DNA of 64,000 bases from Candidatus Poribacteria bacterium (GCA_965208675.1 OZ242351.1:1216001-1280000); one strand, 5' to 3'. Shown: positions 19,863 through 28,585, counted from the first letter of the stretch. Numbers and translations: made by a program. Notes: generated by a model not told the origin, from the letters alone.

Positions 19863-21137
19863 TCACACACTTAGAATTCCCAAACTGTCGTTGATTTCTT
19901 GTTGATAAGATTTGACCTTCTCGCTGATTACTTCGTCCACCGAAACAGGATGTCCAATCTCATTGGATTCCAGCATCGCATAAGAGACAGCAACAGATCG
20001 CGTGCCATGCTCGGCATCCACTTCAACATCCCCTTCACCCAAGATGGATGCTGCAAAATTCCCGTATTCAATTGCGATGTTCTTTCGATCTGTTTCAGAA
20101 AATGGGAATTGGTAATGCCAAAGCCGATCTCCACCAAACAGACCGGCTGTTATTGTATCAAGATGAAAATCTGGAACTAGATTTAGCATTCTCTCGTCAT
20201 CGAAAACATCCTCTCCCTCAATGTTAAGAATTATAGTGCCCCCGCTCCGATCCTGCGGCAAAGTCATCGATCCTCGGGAGCCGTGAATGCGCCTCGTCCA
20301 TATACCCTGGCCATACCCGGCGTGATCTTCAACGTACTGTCCGACAACGCCGCTCTTGAACGTCAGTGTAGCGTAAGCGGCATCTTCTGCAGTGGCTTCA
20401 AATTCGGCTGGCATCTGTTTCTGCCATTGCTCATAAACGCGGCTGGGGTTATTTTTAGGGCTACCTCCTTTAGCCGCGGGGTTTTTGCGGGTGCGCTCGT
20501 GCAGTCTCGTTTCCGCATAGACCGTATCTATTTCGCCCAGCAAGTATTCCATCATGTCAGTGAAATGCACGCCGACATCAAGAAGTATCCCCCCTTGGTT
20601 CTTTTGGTGGCGCCACGCCGTGATTATCATCTGATCCCGGCCTCCAACGGAATGATGGATGAGAAAGCGTGGCTCCCCGATGACGCCAGCGTCCAGAAGT
20701 GCTTTTGCCAACCGGTTGATGGGATCGCGGCGGTAATTCTCCGCCACACTCAAAATTGCATTGTTGTTCTCTGCAGCACGCCAAATTATGTTGCACGCCC
20801 GGACTGTAACACCCATCGGCTTTTCAACCATGGTGTGCCACCCGCGATTCAGTGTTTCAACAACGAGCGTATGATGATATCGCGGCGTTGAGGTCACACT
20901 GACCGCTTCAACACCGATTGCAGCCAATTCATCCAAATCACTGACGACGGTCGGATGGGTGCCAAAATCTCTCGCAGCCTGATTCGCAAGGGATGCCGCG
21001 TTCTCTCGTACCGGATCGCATGCGCCAACTAGCTCAAAGCCTTCCCACCCGATACGTCGGAGTTCTGCAAGGCCGTACAGATGGCGGTGTCCCATACCCC
21101 CACAGCCAACAATTGCCAATCGAATCTGCCGACTCAC
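19863..21137 (-). CDS. Gfo/Idh/MocA family oxidoreductase
   Basis: AIVGCGGMG, VEKPM, ENYR and GGILLDVGVH. GTG 21137 chosen because it has an SD and lies downstream of the promoter. Confidence 0.92.
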   Translation of the reverse strand: MSRQIRLAIVGCGGMGHRHLYGLAELRRIGWEGFELVGACDPVRENAASLANQAARDFGTHPTVVSDLDELAAIGVEAVSVTSTPRYHHTLVVETLNRGWHTMVEKPMGVTVRACNIIWRAAENNNAILSVAENYRRDPINRLAKALLDAGVIGEPRFLIHHSVGGRDQMIITAWRHQKNQGGILLDVGVHFTDMMEYLLGEIDTVYAETRLHERTRKNPAAKGGSPKNNPSRVYEQWQKQMPAEFEATAEDAAYATLTFKSGVVGQYVEDHAGYGQGIWTRRIHGSRGSMTLPQDRSGGTIILNIEGEDVFDDERMLNLVPDFHLDTITAGLFGGDRLWHYQFPFSETDRKNIAIEYGNFAASILGEGDVEVDAEHGTRSVAVSYAMLESNEIGHPVSVDEVISEKVKSYQQEINDSLGILSV

Positions 21138-21181
21138 TATTACCTGTCTCCATAAAACGGAATTAATGATTTGGTTCGCCA

Positions 21182-21210
21182 ATTATAGCGGTGTCATAGG
21201 TACATGTCAA
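21182..21210 (-). promoter_or_regulatory. Perfect-consensus sigma70 promoter for the Gfo/Idh/MocA gene (and possibly PhyH and the TIM-barrel gene)
   Basis: Minus strand reads TTGACA-17 nt-TATAAT. Confidence 0.75.
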
Positions 21211-21261
21211 TGACAAAAGGATTCCAAATCTGTCGGCGTGCCGTTCCAACCGACAATCATC

Positions 21262-21291
21262 TTGCATTGCGTCTTTGGTTTTTGATAAAAT
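21262..21291 (+). promoter_or_regulatory. Putative sigma70 promoter of the LOG-terpenoid cluster
   Basis: TTGCAT-18 nt-TAAAAT with an extended -10 TG. Implies a 5' leader of about 200 nt. Confidence 0.5.
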
Positions 21292-21496
21292 CTATAAAAT
21301 TAACCCATTCGCACTCCAGAATGTAGTTGCTAGATTCATCGGGAGTCAATGGGCATGTTCAGACGCTACACCCATCGTAGGCAGGGCATCTTGCTTCGCG
21401 TTCGTGATGAAAAACCGTAATAAATCACCAAATCGTTAAACCGCGTTAATCCTAAAAAAAAAAATTGAACTGAACAATGCGAGAAAGTGTGATGAA

Positions 21497-22045
21497 ATGA
21501 AACGCGTGTGCGTATTCTGCGGATCCAGCATGGGAAGGAATCCGGTGTATGCTGAAGCCGCAAAGCAGTTAGGCAACGTCTTGGCAAACAGAAACCTAGG
21601 ACTCGTTTACGGCGGCGCGAATATAGGCATGATGGGTGTGCTTGCCAACGCCGCCATCGATGCTGGCGGGGAAGTGATTGGCGTCGTACCAACGATATTC
21701 GTCGAGAAGGAAATCGCCCATGCCGCACTTTCTGACTTGCGAATCGTTGACTCGATGCACGAACGAAAAGCGCTTATGGCAGAACTTTCTGATGCGTTTG
21801 TTGCTCTCCCTGGCGGATTCGGCACCCTCGACGAATTCTTCGAAATGGTTACGTGGACGCAACTTGGGCTGCACCATAAACCCTGCGGTGTTCTTAACGC
21901 GTGTGGGTATTACAGCAAATTGACGGATTTCTTAGATTATGCGGTTTCGGAGGGGTTCATTAAGCCGCGTCATGGTTCATTGATACACATTGACGAAAGT
22001 CCGGAGGCGTTGCTTGAGAATTTTGAAAAGTTTATGCACTATTGA
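21497..22045 (+). CDS. LOG family (TIGR00730) nucleotide 5'-monophosphate phosphoribohydrolase
   Basis: CVFCGSS, LVYGG..GMMG, MHERKALM and PGGFGTLDE. Confidence 0.95.
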   Translation: MKRVCVFCGSSMGRNPVYAEAAKQLGNVLANRNLGLVYGGANIGMMGVLANAAIDAGGEVIGVVPTIFVEKEIAHAALSDLRIVDSMHERKALMAELSDAFVALPGGFGTLDEFFEMVTWTQLGLHHKPCGVLNACGYYSKLTDFLDYAVSEGFIKPRHGSLIHIDESPEALLENFEKFMHY

Positions 22046-23097
22046 CTTACTCACACGAATACTGCGAGGAGAGGATTATAAAAGCCGTAGTCTTTCAAGA
22101 AATTGGCAAATTATGCGTACAAGATAAACCGGTGCCGACGCTTTATACAGGCGACGTCCTAGTCAAGGTCAACCTTTGCGGTATCTGTGCATCAGACTTG
22201 GCAGCGCTCAACGGGGACATCACCGATTACTCACCGCCCGTCGTCATGGGGCATGAACTCGCAGGAATTGTCGTTGAAAGCCGACATCCCAACGCGACAG
22301 TAGGCGAAAACGTGACCGTGAATCCAATGCTGTCCTGTGGTAACTGTGATTATTGCCGGGCAGATTTGGACAAGTATTGCTCGCAAATTGAGGGAATCGG
22401 ACACGACATTGACGGCGGTTACGCTGAATACCTCCGGATGCCAAAACACGGAATTGATACAGGCAAACTCATCTCTGTACCAGATACGATTCCGCCGGAA
22501 GAGCTAATTTTTCTGGAGCCGTTAGGATGCTGTATCAATGCGATGCGCGAAACCATCTTCGATAAGAGCTTGGCAATCTTGGGGGCAGGCCCCATTGGTC
22601 TAATGTTCGTTAAACTAGCCAATAAGGCGGGATTGCGGACGTTTGTTCTTGAACCGCATGCGCATCGGCGGAGCGCCGCAAATGAATTAGGCGCAGACGC
22701 CGCTTTTGATATTACACCAGAGCAGGTCGAGGCGTTCATAGATAAGACTAACGGCGGCGTGAATACTGTTATCTCTGCGACTGTCAACAATCAGCGCGCG
22801 ATAAATCTCGCCTTCGCGGTTGTGCGGCGAGGAGGCTGTATAAATTTCTTTGGATTGGCACCAGGCGATCAGGAACTGCGGATTAACCTCGAACATTTTC
22901 ATTACTCAGGTCACAAACTAATGGCATCCTGGGCATTCTCCCGCTGGAGTTTGCGTGAAGCTAGTCGAATGATTGTTGATGGAACGATTGACATCAAGCC
23001 TTTGTTAACGCATAGATTTCCAATCGAAAAGGCTATTGAGGGGTTTGAAAACGCCCGGCAGCGGCACGGCGTGAAAACCGCAATGCACAGCGGATAA
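22042..23097 (+). CDS. Zinc-dependent medium-chain alcohol/polyol dehydrogenase
   Basis: CGICASD, GHE, structural Zn motif CGNCDYC..C and GAGPIG. Start is either TTG 22042 or non-canonical ATA 22078. Confidence 0.9.
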   Translation: MTYSHEYCEERIIKAVVFQEIGKLCVQDKPVPTLYTGDVLVKVNLCGICASDLAALNGDITDYSPPVVMGHELAGIVVESRHPNATVGENVTVNPMLSCGNCDYCRADLDKYCSQIEGIGHDIDGGYAEYLRMPKHGIDTGKLISVPDTIPPEELIFLEPLGCCINAMRETIFDKSLAILGAGPIGLMFVKLANKAGLRTFVLEPHAHRRSAANELGADAAFDITPEQVEAFIDKTNGGVNTVISATVNNQRAINLAFAVVRRGGCINFFGLAPGDQELRINLEHFHYSGHKLMASWAFSRWSLREASRMIVDGTIDIKPLLTHRFPIEKAIEGFENARQRHGVKTAMHSG

Positions 23098-23150
23098 ATA
23101 CTTGGGCGATGTTACTCCAAGCAACTTCTCCTACTTGATAACAAATCATC

Positions 23151-24071
23151 ATGAACACATTAAAGGCATACCTTGAACTCATTCGTTATCCCCTCTTCGC
23201 CATCCCGATCGTTGCAACGCTACCCGGCGCATTGATTGCTTCAGAGGGTGCGTGGAGTTGGCGTGTCGGACTAACGCTCCTTATTGCGATGCTCGGTTAC
23301 TTCGCAGGCATGATGAAGAACGACTATTTCCACCGCGATCAGGACTATATTGTAAATCCGAACCGCCCGATTCCGTCGCACCGTCTCACACCTCGCCAGG
23401 TAATGATTACCGCAAGCGGCATTTACATCATCTGCGTCATTTTGGGTTTCACGCTCCACATCAAAGCCGGACTTCTGGTGATTGCCCTAGTGATGATTTC
23501 GCATTCTTATAACGCCATCTTCAAGGAACGCGGAATACTGGGAAGCATTAGCCTTCCCATTGGCATCGGTCTCCTCAATATTTTTGGCGCGTTAGCCGTA
23601 AGCGGCGGCGTGCCGCGTTTGGTCTGGTATGCGTTCGCCGCGACAACGCTCTACGACTGCGGCACGCACATCACCACAACATTCAAGGACATAGAGCGTG
23701 ACAAAAAAATTGGCATTACCACCACCCCTTTACAATTGGGAATCAAACCTGCGCTTGTCATTTCCGGCGTGGCAACAATCCTCGCTTTTATTGCCGCCGC
23801 TCTGCCATACTGGATAGAAGGTGTTGGTTGGCATTATACGGTGTGGATTGTTTTTGCATTGATTGCAACAAGTATCACCCGTCTTCCGCTTTACCTGAAT
23901 CCGAATGAAAAGAACGGCTATCTTGCCCTTCAGGGTTCCATGATTGGCGCAGTTACGTTTTTCCCTTGCTTCGCTAGCATTCAGATTTCCCTCTGGGGTT
24001 CGGCGCTGTTAATCTTGCCCTTGCTGTTGGTGACCATGACGCTGCTGAAAGTGACCAAGCGGGAGGTCTAA
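23151..24071 (+). CDS. UbiA-family membrane prenyltransferase with an atypical first Asp-rich motif
   Basis: YLELIR, NDYFHRDQD...RPIPS and KDIERDKKIG; about 9 TM segments. Confidence 0.9.
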   Translation: MNTLKAYLELIRYPLFAIPIVATLPGALIASEGAWSWRVGLTLLIAMLGYFAGMMKNDYFHRDQDYIVNPNRPIPSHRLTPRQVMITASGIYIICVILGFTLHIKAGLLVIALVMISHSYNAIFKERGILGSISLPIGIGLLNIFGALAVSGGVPRLVWYAFAATTLYDCGTHITTTFKDIERDKKIGITTTPLQLGIKPALVISGVATILAFIAAALPYWIEGVGWHYTVWIVFALIATSITRLPLYLNPNEKNGYLALQGSMIGAVTFFPCFASIQISLWGSALLILPLLLVTMTLLKVTKREV

Positions 24072-24179
24072 TTCGAAACCGGCTTCTTTCTCAAACCATT
24101 TCGACACTGCAGAAAAGTCAGTGTCTTTGCAATAGCCCAACTCCTTCACAGCCAAAAAGGTTTAAAACACAACTAAAAC

Positions 24180-25853
24180 ATGAAAAAGCTCGCCGAATCC
24201 GCCCTACATCGAGGTTCCGCCCATTTACTCAGGCAACAAAATTCAACAGGCAGCTTTGAAGGAAAGCTTTCCTCAAGCACATTTCCCACCTGCGCTTACG
24301 CTTGGGTAATGTTTGCTCAAAACCAACTGCCCGATCAAATGTTAATTGATTGGATCCTAAATAACCAGAACCCGGACGGAACATGGGGGCTTGATGCTGC
24401 CAATCAGCCAAATCGCGAAGCTACATTATTTGCGAAACTCATATTAAGTCAAGTTGCCAAGCAGAATCCAAATCCGCAGATTACAGAAGCCTTAAAGCGC
24501 ACCCCTGATTATCCTTTAGCGCTTGCATTGAACAAATTGGCTTATGCAGCATTCGGCGAGTACAACTGGGACAAGCTGACCATTCCAAGGCGTATGCTCC
24601 CTGTAATGACGCTGACAAAAAAGGTGCTAGCCAGATTCCCATCACTGCGGTCCTTCCTAAAACCCCCGAGGAACGTCCTCCCTCCCGTAGACCTCTTCAA
24701 TTCACCTATGTTTGGAAACCTATTTATCGCGGAGCAATATACACTCGTCGCTGTTTTTACCATGATTGAACTGAATACCCGGCGACGCCCAAAAGTAATC
24801 AAATCGCTTGTCAATTGGCTCAAGGTACACATGCTACCCGACAATAGTTGGTTTCGTGTAAATTACATAACTGCGCTATCCGTATTAGCCCTAGTGGAAC
24901 TTCAGAAAGTACAAGGCATTGACGAAGACACCCAGTTGATAATCGATCGAGGAATTTCCTGGCTTCAATCCACGCGAAATACCGATGGCGGGTGCCGTGA
25001 GGCCTTAAACCTTAACGTGTGGGATACCGCCCTTAGCATAATCTCGCTTCTAGAAATTAACGGCATCAACGGAAACAGCGCGATCCAAATTGCATGCAAA
25101 TGGTTAATCGAAAATCAGAACACGGATGGCGGTTGGGCGTTTTCTCGAATGCGCCCAAACGAAAACCTCCCGAGCGATGCTGACGACACGGCTTTAGCCA
25201 CGCTGGCATTAATCCAATCGAAAACGCCGCCGACTGCCGCAGCAATTCAAAACGGATTGAATTGGCTAACCGCGAACCAAACATCCGATGGATGCTGGAG
25301 TACATATCTTCCCGGTCAGGGCGATGTCGGGTGCGTAAGCATCACCGCACACGCAATCGAGGCATTGCACGAAGTACCCGGTACTGAAGCGCAGATTTCG
25401 CGGGCAACCCACTGGATTAAGGGTCAAATTTCATCTGACGGATATTGGACGGATTTATGGTTAGCCAAACGAACTTATGGGACAGCCTGTGCCGTTATTG
25501 CCTTAAACAAAGTGGGAATGAAGGACACGACGGAAGTTTCACGGGGAGTGCATTGGCTTGAATCCGTACAAAACAGCGACGGCGGGTGGGGAGAAGATAT
25601 GTTTGGTAACCGGAGGGATAGCACAATCGAACAAACGGCGTGGTGCACCCACGCGCTCCTACTCGCCAACCCTGGAAACCAAGCCGCCAAAAATGGGTTA
25701 AACCACCTCCTAAACCGCCAAAAATCGGACGGTTCCTGGGACGCGAGTTGCGTGGGCATCTACTGGGAAATCATCGGCGGCTACGCCGATCCGATTTACG
25801 CTTCCGTGTTTCCCCTGCGCGCACTGAATCAGTATTTGAAAGGTTCAAAATAG
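24180..25853 (+). CDS. Squalene-hopene-cyclase-like class II terpene cyclase (shortened)
   Basis: Multiple QW repeats (QNPDGTW, QNTDGGW, QTSDGCW, QNSDGGWGE, QKSDGSW), VWDTAL and the catalytic DADDTA. Confidence 0.9.
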   Translation: MKKLAESALHRGSAHLLRQQNSTGSFEGKLSSSTFPTCAYAWVMFAQNQLPDQMLIDWILNNQNPDGTWGLDAANQPNREATLFAKLILSQVAKQNPNPQITEALKRTPDYPLALALNKLAYAAFGEYNWDKLTIPRRMLPVMTLTKKVLARFPSLRSFLKPPRNVLPPVDLFNSPMFGNLFIAEQYTLVAVFTMIELNTRRRPKVIKSLVNWLKVHMLPDNSWFRVNYITALSVLALVELQKVQGIDEDTQLIIDRGISWLQSTRNTDGGCREALNLNVWDTALSIISLLEINGINGNSAIQIACKWLIENQNTDGGWAFSRMRPNENLPSDADDTALATLALIQSKTPPTAAAIQNGLNWLTANQTSDGCWSTYLPGQGDVGCVSITAHAIEALHEVPGTEAQISRATHWIKGQISSDGYWTDLWLAKRTYGTACAVIALNKVGMKDTTEVSRGVHWLESVQNSDGGWGEDMFGNRRDSTIEQTAWCTHALLLANPGNQAAKNGLNHLLNRQKSDGSWDASCVGIYWEIIGGYADPIYASVFPLRALNQYLKGSK

Positions 25854-25918
25854 AAATAATCCGTACACGCTGCTAAAACTCACGTCGCACAAGGGCAATC
25901 ACCTCATGTCTGGCTAAA

Positions 25919-26590
25919 ATGATTTCTGTCATCATTCCAATTCTCAACGAAGCGAAAATCTTGGAACAGTCGCTCTCCCAACTCACTCAACAACTGCAAA
26001 GTCATCAGCTAATTATCGTCGACGGCGGCAGTTCAGATGGAAGTCTTTTCATTGCGAAAAAATTCGGACAAGCATTATCTTCTCCCCAAGGAAGAGCCAG
26101 TCAAATGAATGCCGGCGCTGCCGCTGCAAACGGAGACATTCTGCTGTTTTTGCATGCTGACGTTTGGCTGGAGTTCGGCGCAATCAACGGAGTCGAAACA
26201 GCAATCGCAACAGGATACGTGGGCGGTGCGTTTAAACAGCGCATCGAAGGCGGGCATATTCTATATCGCCTAATTGAGCGAGGTGCGAACTTTAGAGCAC
26301 AACGCCTACAGCTTTTTTACGGCGACGGAGGGATTTTTATACGTAAGCGCCACTTCTACCAAATCGGCGGCTTCCCCAATGTTCCTATCCTTGAAGAGAT
26401 GGAATTTTCTCGAAAACTCCGACACCTCGGTAAAACCACACTTGTTGAGCCAGGAATTCGAATCTCCTCCCGGCGCTGGAAGAAGAGCGGGATCGTTCGA
26501 ACGACCACCCTCAATTGGTTTATCACTGCGCTGTTTTCTCTGGGTGTATCCCCGGTCCGGCTCGCGAGATTGTATCGTCATATCCGTTAA
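25919..26590 (+). CDS. GT2 glycosyltransferase (TIGR04283-like)
   Basis: ISVIIPILNE, VDGGSSD, GRASQMNAGA, FLHAD, YGD, GGFP..ILEE and SSRRW. Confidence 0.88.
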   Translation: MISVIIPILNEAKILEQSLSQLTQQLQSHQLIIVDGGSSDGSLFIAKKFGQALSSPQGRASQMNAGAAAANGDILLFLHADVWLEFGAINGVETAIATGYVGGAFKQRIEGGHILYRLIERGANFRAQRLQLFYGDGGIFIRKRHFYQIGGFPNVPILEEMEFSRKLRHLGKTTLVEPGIRISSRRWKKSGIVRTTTLNWFITALFSLGVSPVRLARLYRHIR

Positions 26591-26766
26591 TTGCGGAAAT
26601 TCACCCATCGCCATTAGCTCAAAGTCGAAATGCGTCAAACCCGATTGCATGGTACCACATCCACACCGGTAGTTACATAGTAAATGATCGTCCTTAAAAT
26701 CGCGCAAACAGACTCGAATTGAATTCCCTTCGTTGCCCTTGTACCGTCAGGTACTAACACACGATC

Positions 26767-27348
26767 TCATCTCTGATTCCGGTAGATTGTCACCTCCATA
26801 GCGTCCCGATTGACCCACGGCAAATCAATCTCAAACCAGTGGGTCTGACTTTCGTATAGAGAACGAACAAGATTCAGGTAATCCGCCATCTCTGACGCAC
26901 CGATCGCTACGTTGTCCGCAACCACCGTCGCACCATCAAGGAGACGCGATTCAATTGCCCGAAAAGAGGAGTAATATGCGCCGAAACTGTTGTCTAGCAG
27001 TAGAAAATCTATGTCGTCATTAACTACTTTCAGGACGTCTGCGGCATCCCCAATCCGCGAATCAACTTGCTCGCTGAAACCGGCGCGCGCGAAGTTCTCT
27101 TGGGCTTCATGGGCGCGGTCGGCATCAATCTCAACAGTGATTAGCCTGCCCTTGCCCATCGCTTGCAATCTCGACGCTATCCACAATCCGGAATAGCCGA
27201 TTGCGGTACCGCATTCTACAATTAGTGACGGTTTTACCTGCTCAATGAGGTCGGTGAGAAATTCAGCCTTTTCGCGTCCGAGCATAGGAATATGCCGCTG
27301 CCGGCATTGGCTATCCACTTTCTGCAACACCTGATCGAATTGGGTCAT
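26767..27348 (-). CDS. Class I SAM-dependent O-methyltransferase (caffeoyl-CoA OMT-like)
   Basis: ECGTAIGYSGLW, ITVEID, RIGDA and VVADN. Confidence 0.9.
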   Translation of the reverse strand: MTQFDQVLQKVDSQCRQRHIPMLGREKAEFLTDLIEQVKPSLIVECGTAIGYSGLWIASRLQAMGKGRLITVEIDADRAHEAQENFARAGFSEQVDSRIGDAADVLKVVNDDIDFLLLDNSFGAYYSSFRAIESRLLDGATVVADNVAIGASEMADYLNLVRSLYESQTHWFEIDLPWVNRDAMEVTIYRNQR

Positions 27349-27382
27349 CGGTTTATCCTTCCCTTACATGGGGTTCATTCGC

Positions 27383-27409
27383 TGTAGGGGCAACCCTTGC
27401 GGTTGCCCT
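27383..27409 (+). repeat. GTAG-type REP palindrome, copy 1
   Basis: TGTAG-GGGCAACC-CTTGC-GGTTGCCC-T; 25/27 identical to the copy at 32516. Confidence 0.75.
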
Positions 27410-27955
27410 CATCGCCGCTCCAGTAGCCATAGCCACAGTCCCAGAGAGACCGAAGGTACATAGAAATTATAGCAACAGATCGACATCAAGCCCCAGAAGG
27501 GATCTTCGATCATCTAATCGACGATAGCCATTTCAGGTATATAGAATATTATCGCGCCACCCAGCCAGACTTCTTGTCGGCGTTGCTCATTCTCATGGTG
27601 TACATGCCAACTCACAAATCTCAATAAATTTAGCCATAGTTGACAGCTCTTCAGTGTACGCGGGTACTACATTCGCGCCAAAGCCCACGCATATCTGAAG
27701 CGTACTCTGAAATTCTCGTACCGCGGCCAATTTTGAAAGATGATAACATAGGTTTCGCAGATTGTGCATGCGAAAAATGACTCGTACAAATTCTATGCTC
27801 CGCTCCCCAATGTATCACTATTCGCACATGTTCTTACGAGAAAAGCCGCGCACGCCGTGACATAATCTCAAGACACGGTTGAGGTCGTGCTGATTAGAAC
27901 ATTAAACGGAATTCAGAATCGGCTTCCGAACCTCCAATTCCCGTAGCTTTTTGGC

Positions 27956-27984
27956 TTGACGATCTACATGGCGTTGTGTAGAAT
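27956..27984 (+). promoter_or_regulatory. Putative sigma70 promoter of the TPR lipoprotein gene
   Basis: TTGACG-17 nt-TAGAAT with an extended -10 TG. Confidence 0.6.
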
Positions 27985-28008
27985 ATTACCATGAATGGGG
28001 TAATAAAG

Positions 28009-28425
28009 ATGCCCTTCCGATTCCTTTTCTTTCTGGGTGCCGTTTCCTTTCTTGCATCGGGATGCTCGCCGCTACAACATCACGCTACCATTGACCAATA
28101 CAATGAATTTGCAATAGAGGCGGCTGAATTGCAATTATGGAACGAAGCTGTGTTCCGATGGGAACGCGTCATTGAAATTGACCCACAGTACGCGCGAGCA
28201 CACAATAATTTAGGAGTCGCTTACGAAGCGTTGGGAAAGACCGATGAAGCCATTGAAGCCTACAAACGGGCGACGGAATTAGATTCATCCAACAAGTTTT
28301 ACCGTTTCAACTATAGAAAGTGCCGTCTCAACGTTCAACGCAATATCAAAAGGCAACCTGATACAGAGGATGAGGCCGTTCAAGAAGATGAAGATACCGA
28401 AAAGGAACGCCAAGGCAAATCTTGA
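28009..28425 (+). CDS. TPR-repeat lipoprotein
   Basis: Lipobox LASGC and TPR ARAHNNLGVAYEALGKTDEAIEAYKRA. ATG 28009 has an SD (alternative start 27991). Confidence 0.85.
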   Translation: MPFRFLFFLGAVSFLASGCSPLQHHATIDQYNEFAIEAAELQLWNEAVFRWERVIEIDPQYARAHNNLGVAYEALGKTDEAIEAYKRATELDSSNKFYRFNYRKCRLNVQRNIKRQPDTEDEAVQEDEDTEKERQGKS

Positions 28426-28585
28426 ATCGCCGCTGTTAACTTTTTGTGATTCACTCCAATATGTGCCTCCGCGAGCGCCAAGGATTAAGTGTGCGGCTAA
28501 ATTATTCATCGTAAGCGTACCCTCGGCGGAATTAACCTCACATACCGTAGGCATGAATTAATGAGTTCCTTATCCATCTAGACTT

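Noticed and set aside
24180-25853. Calling the cyclase shc or an oxidosqualene cyclase
   Set aside because: It has DxDD rather than the OSC DCTAE motif, but it is shorter than SHC and lacks hpn context, so no gene symbol was assigned.
27985-27993. Leaderless translation of the TPR gene from ATG 27991
   Set aside because: Possible from the promoter spacing, but ATG 28009 has an SD-like GGGGT and gives a cleaner lipoprotein signal peptide.
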